NCBI GenBank assembly: GCA_016180645.1
Contig: JACPAV010000007.1
Span: 104,888-168,887 of the forward strand
Length of the DNA stretch: 64,000 nucleotides
Reading direction: 5' to 3'
From: Nitrospirota bacterium
Lineage (GTDB): Bacteria > JACPQY01
The notes under the pieces are model-generated. The model was not told where the DNA came from. It saw only the letters and a list, made by a program, of their open reading frames with translations, and ran no database searches. This document shows, in pieces, positions 57,101-64,000 of this stretch (position 1 is the stretch's first letter; every line of letters starts with the position of its first letter). The translations under genes and the position numbers were made by a program.

Positions 57101-57224
57101 GTGCATGACTGGTGTGGCCGAGATACAGATACAGAAATCGCGCCCACAGAGTTTCGTAGAGCAAGCCGGCGAATCCCGAGAGCAAAAGGCAGAAGCAGAG
57201 GAGGGGAAAAACGAAGTAAGGCAT
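54150..57224 (-). CDS. fused MFS-like membrane domain / spermidine synthase-like methyltransferase
   Basis: Multi-TM N-terminus, VLVVGMGSGIT, VEISP, DLIISEPSNPW, C-terminal TPR-like helices. Confidence 0.9.
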   Translation of the reverse strand: MPYFVFPLLCFCLLLSGFAGLLYETLWARFLYLYLGHTSHAQAIVLSVFMGGIALGSATLGRWADRLGSKAAPANTYDLLTVYAWIEILIGFYCGLYPEIFTRLGTAYTIIGERWYEEWPGAVTLLKAAFSILTMLIPTFLMGGTIPVLVRLCRPAGTAVGKTAGWLNAANTIGAVAGTLLAGFVLIETIGLSLSMHVGSFANIAVGLLVMGFRRTIVGAVRRTPPPPPEPSSEPDYGTGRQAVALAGIFISGFASFALEVLWARIIGLSLGSSVYAFSIMLATFILGIALGSLAVGAPALRKMDPLRVFMIAEFGIGASLLLLYPLFQDLPFYFAKLRMLLQPGAPSFWLYNGLTFIGLVAVMFVPTVLIGMTFPLAASATARAPESLGRRVGNVLFWNTAGNLSGALVAALLFIPWLGIEPAVEVVIALNLGAGLLLWASAISRFTLPFAAGGAVVLVVVPLGMRAVHWSPMALQSGPYRFRGAPPPLPVNKWREESVRAGQVLYLKDDSNGSVSLVRDLNGEISLKVGAKTDASSYADLPTELLSAHIPMLIKPRTEDVLVVGMGSGITASSVLLYPGTSVHQVEISPAVVEASRGFEQHNRFVHSNPRFHVHVEDAKTYLKLSPGRFDLIISEPSNPWMAGVAGLFSKEFFESARDHLRSGGLMVQWFHLYEMDDPTLSIILNTFGSVFPHVTVWNTLATDLLLIGSNRSIGMDFDHLRAQFDNAAIREDLGRIQVTEPATLLALQALPEEAFRFLVSGDRPVHTDDAPLLDYAAARNFYSGATSTALRNHDARMRSLDRSGLFLARYTQQHPLRESDLTSILQYYLSRGAETGQIASVLMRTMEELSPHPNYAQDRYRIGFYNAINRPEKAMEILRKHLKASPEDWKDRWLVQTFIEMLFKEAENAVSWTQRGSMVEALNQVAAAIPRLATDRLPNWRRLAEIAWRYGEHDAAATYFLRAVQEAGGMKRSNDELLAMASLSLLEAGKTTQAVQLARSALELNARNMTARYVMRRLDEAR

Positions 57225-57342
57225 GGGGCGATTGTAGGCACGGCAGGCATGCAGTGCAACCGGATGGAATGGATGAGAGATGTGGACTGCGCGAGTCCTT
57301 CAATTTTACTTTACTGGAGGGGGGCGCTATCGTGAATTCGGT

Positions 57343-59432
<2,090 letters not shown>

Positions 59433-59436
<4 letters not shown>

Positions 59437-61145
59437 GTCAACTCAGGGCTTGGCACCGTGCGCCGGGTGCAGAGCCGCGCACCGCTCCATTTTTCAAGAA
59501 ACTCAACGCCTTCATCCTTCGCGACGGAGAATTCAGCCTCTCCACCTTCGTGGATCTCGTGGCGGACGTGTATGGGGAGCGGACGGTCCTATTTCTGGAA
59601 GGACCATCGGCCTGTTTTTCGGCCAAGACGCTGTCCTACAACGAGGCGCGGAGATTCGTGGAGCGCGCAGCGGGGGCCTTGGCCGGGCGCGGCGTGAAGA
59701 AAGGCGACCGTGTGGTCCTCTTCATGGGCAACTCCGTCGAACTGGGGCTCCTGGCCTTCGCCGTCATGCGCCTGGGCGCTGTGGTCATCCCCGTCAACGC
59801 TCAGTATCGAAGCGCTGAAGTGGATTACATCATCACACACAGTCGGGCCGGCACCGTGATTACGGATGCGACCACCCGCTCAAGCGTCTCGCCCGGTGCG
59901 CCCGGTTTGACCGCCGTCCGGAATTGGCTGGACCTTGATCCGAAGGCGCCTTCGCCGTTCGAATCTCTCTCCTCACTCCTGGCCGCGGCCGCTCCGGCGC
60001 CCCCCGCACCCCTCGCGGACGATGATCCCGTGGGCATTTTCTACACATCCGGCACGACGGGGCATCCCAAAGGGGCGGTGCTGACCAACAAGGGCTTCAT
60101 GTTCCACATCCGCCGGAGCCTCCGGATGGGTACGCTGATTCCGAAGCGCAACATCCATGCGATCCTCCATGCCCTTCCGCTCACCCACATCATGGGATTC
60201 TTGGTCTTCATGGCCTTTTTCTGCTCGGGCAGTCCGATAGTGTTCCTGGGTGGATTTGAAGCCGGAAAGGCGATCGAGGCGATCGAGCGATACGGGATCA
60301 CCCTGTTCGTCGGCGTCCCCGCGATGTACGGGATGATCCTTCAGGAAAAAATCCCCAACGGCGCTCTCCAAACCATGCGGGTCATGGTCTCGGCGGCGGA
60401 TGTTCTCCCACCGGAGTGGGCCGAGCGGATTCGCCAACTGGCCTCCCGACCTTTCCTCGGACTGTTCCGCAAGAGGCCGATCTTCGCCGAGTTCTACGGT
60501 CAGGTGGAGACGACCGGTGTCACGTGCGCCAAGTTGAGCCTTCCGTTCGTAAAGTACGATGCGGGATGCGTCGGCCGGCGGATGCCGGGGGTCGAGGTCA
60601 AGATCATCGGGGCGGACGGGAAGGAAGTGAGGAAAGGCGAAGTGGGAGAGGTCGTCGTGAAGGGCGACAATGTGCTCCAAGGCTATTGGGGCTCGGCGGA
60701 GCAAAAAGATGTGTTCACGGCGGACGGATGGTTCCGAACGGGCGATCTGGCGAAGAAGGGAAGTCTTGGGTTTTTCTATTTTGTGGATCGGGAAAAAGAC
60801 ATGATCAAGAGCGGAGGCTATTCGATCTTCACGCGCGAGGTGGAGGAGTTGCTCATGAGTCACCCTCAGATCCTGGAGGCGAGCGTTTTCGGGATTCCCC
60901 ATGCGGTTAAGAAAGAAATCCCGGTGGCTGCCGTGAGGCTCAAGCCCGGCGAATCCGTCGCGGGAGAAGAGATTGTCGAATGGGCGAAGCAGCATATCGC
61001 GCCGTACAAGTCTCCGCGGAAGGTGGTTGTCGTCGATGATTTTCCCAGGGGATCGACGCAGAAAATTCTGAAGAAGGAACTGAAACGTCTGTATGCGCAC
61101 CTGGGTGAGGCGCTGCGGGAAGAGGCGGCGGCAAAGGCGTCGTGA
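59433..61145 (+). CDS. long-chain acyl-CoA synthetase-like enzyme
   Basis: [33 protein letters not shown]. Confidence 0.9.
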
Positions 61146-62443
61146 CGGACAGCTATCTCGCCACCCATCCGCGCCTTCGCCTCCTGACCGTGGCCGGCGT
61201 CCTCGTCCGGATGTATGCCCGGACGTGGGGAATCCGGCCGCTCAAGCCCGCTCTCGGGCGCGACCGCTATTGGGAGGTCAAGAAAGGCGTGGCGCGGCGC
61301 AACGGACGGATGCTGTACAAAAACATCCTTCGACTCAAGGGACTGTTCATCAAGGTGGGACAGTTTTTATCGGTGAGAGTCGATCTGCTGCCCAAGGCCT
61401 ATACACGCGAACTGACCAAGTTGCAGGATCAAGTGCCGGCGGCGGACTACGCGCAGATCCGCCGACGCGTTGAGGCCGAATTGAAGCAGCCCATCGAGAA
61501 GGCCTTCAGGGAGTTCCGGCCCGTTCCCATCGCCGCCGCCTCGCTGGGGCAGGTGCATGAAGCCTGGCTGCACGATGGGACGCGCGTGGCCGTCAAGGTG
61601 CAGTACCCGGGCATCGAGGATGTGGTGAACTGCGACCTCGAAATCCTCCGACTGATCATGAAATGGTACGCCATGTTCCGGAGGGAATTTCAGAGTACAT
61701 TCCTCCTCGAGGAATTTCGTCAGCATGTTTCGCGGGAACTGGACTATGTACAGGAGGGGAAGAGCGCGGAGCGCGTGGCGCGGAATTTCGGAGACGACTC
61801 GCGCGTGGTGGTGCCCAAGGTCATCTGGTCCCACACGACCCTGAAGGTTCTCACGCTGGAGTTCATCGAGGGGATCAAGATTACGGACAGGGATCGGATC
61901 CTGGCGGCCGGATACGAAATGGCCGATATTTCAAAGCTCCTGATGGACTGCTACTTCCGCCAGATCTTCCGCGATGGATTCTTTCACGCCGACGCCCATC
62001 CCGGCAACCTTTTCATCGTGCCGGGGCCGAAACTCGCACTTCTGGATTTCGGCCTCTCGAAAGAAATGGACCCCAAGTTCCTGCCGAATTTCATCGGGTT
62101 GGCCGCCGCCATCTACGGGAAGGATCCGAAACAGGCGTCGGAATGCTTCCGTGAACTGGGGCTGCGGGTCCTGAATCAGAAAGAAGATACCTTTCTGGAA
62201 TTCTCGGAGTTCATCATCAAGAACATGGATGACGTGATTTACAAGAACCCCAAAAAAATCGACTACCAGAGCATCATGGATCAGGTGCTGGAGATGGTTC
62301 GGACGCATCCCGTAGTGAACATCCCGAGTGATTTCGTACTTCTCGGACGACTCCTGGGCCAGCTCTCCGGCATCGGGCGCCAGCTTGGGGTGAGCGTGAA
62401 CATGCAGGAAGTCCTCCTCCCTCATCTGGCCGGCGCGCGGTAA
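61142..62443 (+). CDS. ABC1/UbiB family kinase
   Basis: IKVGQ, AAASLGQVH, VAVKVQYP, HADAHPGN, LDFG. Confidence 0.93.
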   Translation: MTDSYLATHPRLRLLTVAGVLVRMYARTWGIRPLKPALGRDRYWEVKKGVARRNGRMLYKNILRLKGLFIKVGQFLSVRVDLLPKAYTRELTKLQDQVPAADYAQIRRRVEAELKQPIEKAFREFRPVPIAAASLGQVHEAWLHDGTRVAVKVQYPGIEDVVNCDLEILRLIMKWYAMFRREFQSTFLLEEFRQHVSRELDYVQEGKSAERVARNFGDDSRVVVPKVIWSHTTLKVLTLEFIEGIKITDRDRILAAGYEMADISKLLMDCYFRQIFRDGFFHADAHPGNLFIVPGPKLALLDFGLSKEMDPKFLPNFIGLAAAIYGKDPKQASECFRELGLRVLNQKEDTFLEFSEFIIKNMDDVIYKNPKKIDYQSIMDQVLEMVRTHPVVNIPSDFVLLGRLLGQLSGIGRQLGVSVNMQEVLLPHLAGAR

Positions 62444-62580
62444 CCGCAGTACCATGTTGCTGAAGTCTTTGAGCAGATATGGAATCCGTTTCCAGTGTTG
62501 GCAACATGGTACATACGCCCCGCCGCCATGCAGAGTGTCGAAATGAGAGCGGGGCTACCGTACCGCGCGCCAGCGTGTAA

Positions 62581-63150
62581 TTGCTCAATCAACTCCTCAA
62601 CGCGGTACTAGACTTGGCAACCCTGATCGGCGTCGGCTCCAACGTAATCTTCACCGGTTTCATGGGGGCCGGGAAGACCACTGTGGGAGGCATCGTGGCC
62701 GCGCGGTTGGGGCGGGCTTTCCACGACGTTGACGTCCTCATCGAAAAGGATTCCGGGATGAGTATCAACGACATTTTCGACCGACGGGGCGAGGCTTTTT
62801 TCCGGGACGAGGAAACCCGCATGCTCACCCGGTTGGAATCAGCGGAGCAGGCCGTGATGGCCACGGGAGGCGGGATCGTCCTGCGCGAGGAAAACTGGGC
62901 GATCATGAGGCGGATGGGAAAAGTGGTGTCCTTGCTCGCGTCGGCCGACGTGCTCTATGAGCGCGTGAAAGACCTTGCCCATCGGCCCCTCTTGAAAGTG
63001 GTCCACCCCAAGGATGAATTGGTCCGGTTGCTCGGCCTCCGGGCGCCGCTCTATCGGAAGGCGGATCTGTTGATCGATACGGATCGGCGCACCCCCGAGG
63101 ATGTGGCCGCCACCGTGCTGCGCGAACTGGGTCTTCTGCCGAAATCCTGA
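62581..63150 (+). CDS. aroK: shikimate kinase (start uncertain)
   Basis: GFMGAGKTT, GEAFFR..E, ATGGG, RPLL. Confidence 0.93.
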   Translation: MLNQLLNAVLDLATLIGVGSNVIFTGFMGAGKTTVGGIVAARLGRAFHDVDVLIEKDSGMSINDIFDRRGEAFFRDEETRMLTRLESAEQAVMATGGGIVLREENWAIMRRMGKVVSLLASADVLYERVKDLAHRPLLKVVHPKDELVRLLGLRAPLYRKADLLIDTDRRTPEDVAATVLRELGLLPKS

Positions 63151-63190
63151 AAACGAAATCTTTATTTAGGCGTGCGGGAGATCGAACCCC

Positions 63191-64000
63191 TCATGACGAT
63201 GGGACGTCTTCTTCAATCGCTCGGAACTGCCCCAATGCGGATTCGAGGTCATCGGCGATCTCGGCAGCGATGACGCCCGGGGAGGGAAGATTCGCCCACT
63301 CTTCGAGAGATTCGTCCTTCAGCCAGAAGATGTCGAGGTTGGCCTTGTCCCGCTTGATGAGTTCGTCGTAGGAGAAGGACTTGAACCGTTCGCTCTCCTT
63401 GCGTTGGTGACGGTTCTTCGGGTTGAAGCAGCGAACGAAATCGTTCAAGTCCTCGCGTTTGAGCGGGTTCTCCTTGAGCGTGAAGTGCATGTTCGTCCGG
63501 AGATCGTGGATCCAGAGCTTTTGCGTCCAGGGCTTTTCGCCGGCAGGTTTTCGGTCGAAGAACAGGACGTTCGCCTTCACGCCTTGCGCGTAGAAAACCC
63601 CGGTGGGCAGACGCAGCAGGGTGTGAACGTCCGCCTGATGAAGGAGCTTCCGGCGAATCGTTTCCCCGGCGCCGCCTTCGAAGAGGACGTTGTCGGGGAC
63701 AACAATCGCCGCCCTGCCGTGCTGTTGGAGCAAGGTGAACACGTGCTGGAGGAAATTGAGCTGTTTGTTGCTCGTTGTCGCCCAGAAATCGTCCCGATGG
63801 ATGGTCAGGCTTTCGCGCTCGGCGCGCCCCTCGTCGTTCACAATGGTTACGCTGCTCTTTTTCCCGAAGGGCGGATTCGTTAGGACCATTTCGTAGTGGC
63901 GTCCGCCCTGGTCCGCCAGGGCATCCCGGACATCGATGGGAACCTTGTCCGCGCCATTCCCGCCGATGCCGTGAAGGAGCAGGTTCATGCAACAGAGCCG
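63191..64000 (-). CDS. hsdM: second type I methyltransferase subunit (5' end outside window)
   Basis: MNLLLHG, TNPPFG, NKQLNFLQH, VPDNVLFEGG, LRLPTG.FY. Confidence 0.92.
   Translation of the reverse strand, partial: RLCCMNLLLHGIGGNGADKVPIDVRDALADQGGRHYEMVLTNPPFGKKSSVTIVNDEGRAERESLTIHRDDFWATTSNKQLNFLQHVFTLLQQHGRAAIVVPDNVLFEGGAGETIRRKLLHQADVHTLLRLPTGVFYAQGVKANVLFFDRKPAGEKPWTQKLWIHDLRTNMHFTLKENPLKREDLNDFVRCFNPKNRHQRKESERFKSFSYDELIKRDKANLDIFWLKDESLEEWANLPSPGVIAAEIADDLESALGQFRAIEEDVPSS

Noticed and set aside
62444-62600. Small RNA or gene upstream of aroK
   Set aside because: No recognisable structure or coding signal.

Overview
GC-rich bacterial chromosomal window; the gene content suggests a deltaproteobacterial/Myxococcota-like lineage (inference only). 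Left to right: a partial FadL-type transporter and housekeeping genes (1-4.6 kb); an XRE regulator divergent from a cluster of exported lipoproteins and proteases (CsgG/TPR, LPP20-like, trypsin-like, DUF4384, caspase-like; 5-13.6 kb); a minus-strand hydrophobic-substrate uptake operon (YCF48-RND-DUF1302-Ntn acylase-DUF1329; 14-24.3 kb); tRNA-Lys(CTT) followed by a ~15 kb defence island; lipid/acyl-CoA genes, toxin-antitoxin pairs and housekeeping genes (39.6-63.2 kb); and the 3' part of a second type I methylase. In the island, hsdM, hsdS and hsdR are split apart by cargo: a RAYT-like transposase, HigBA-like pair, DUF2130, a truncated gene, a Dam-type methylase + ParB + PRTase-like triad, a PD-(D/E)XK + HEPN-like pair and a zeta-like ATPase pair; HsdR itself carries a C-terminal LexA/S24 peptidase domain. 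The Dam-ParB-PRTase triad is the best candidate for an undescribed system. Several small palindromic elements are present, including a ~70 bp element that sits in tandem at the tRNA 3' end and frameshifts a Zn-finger gene 11 kb away. All family calls come from motifs recognised by eye; no searches were run.
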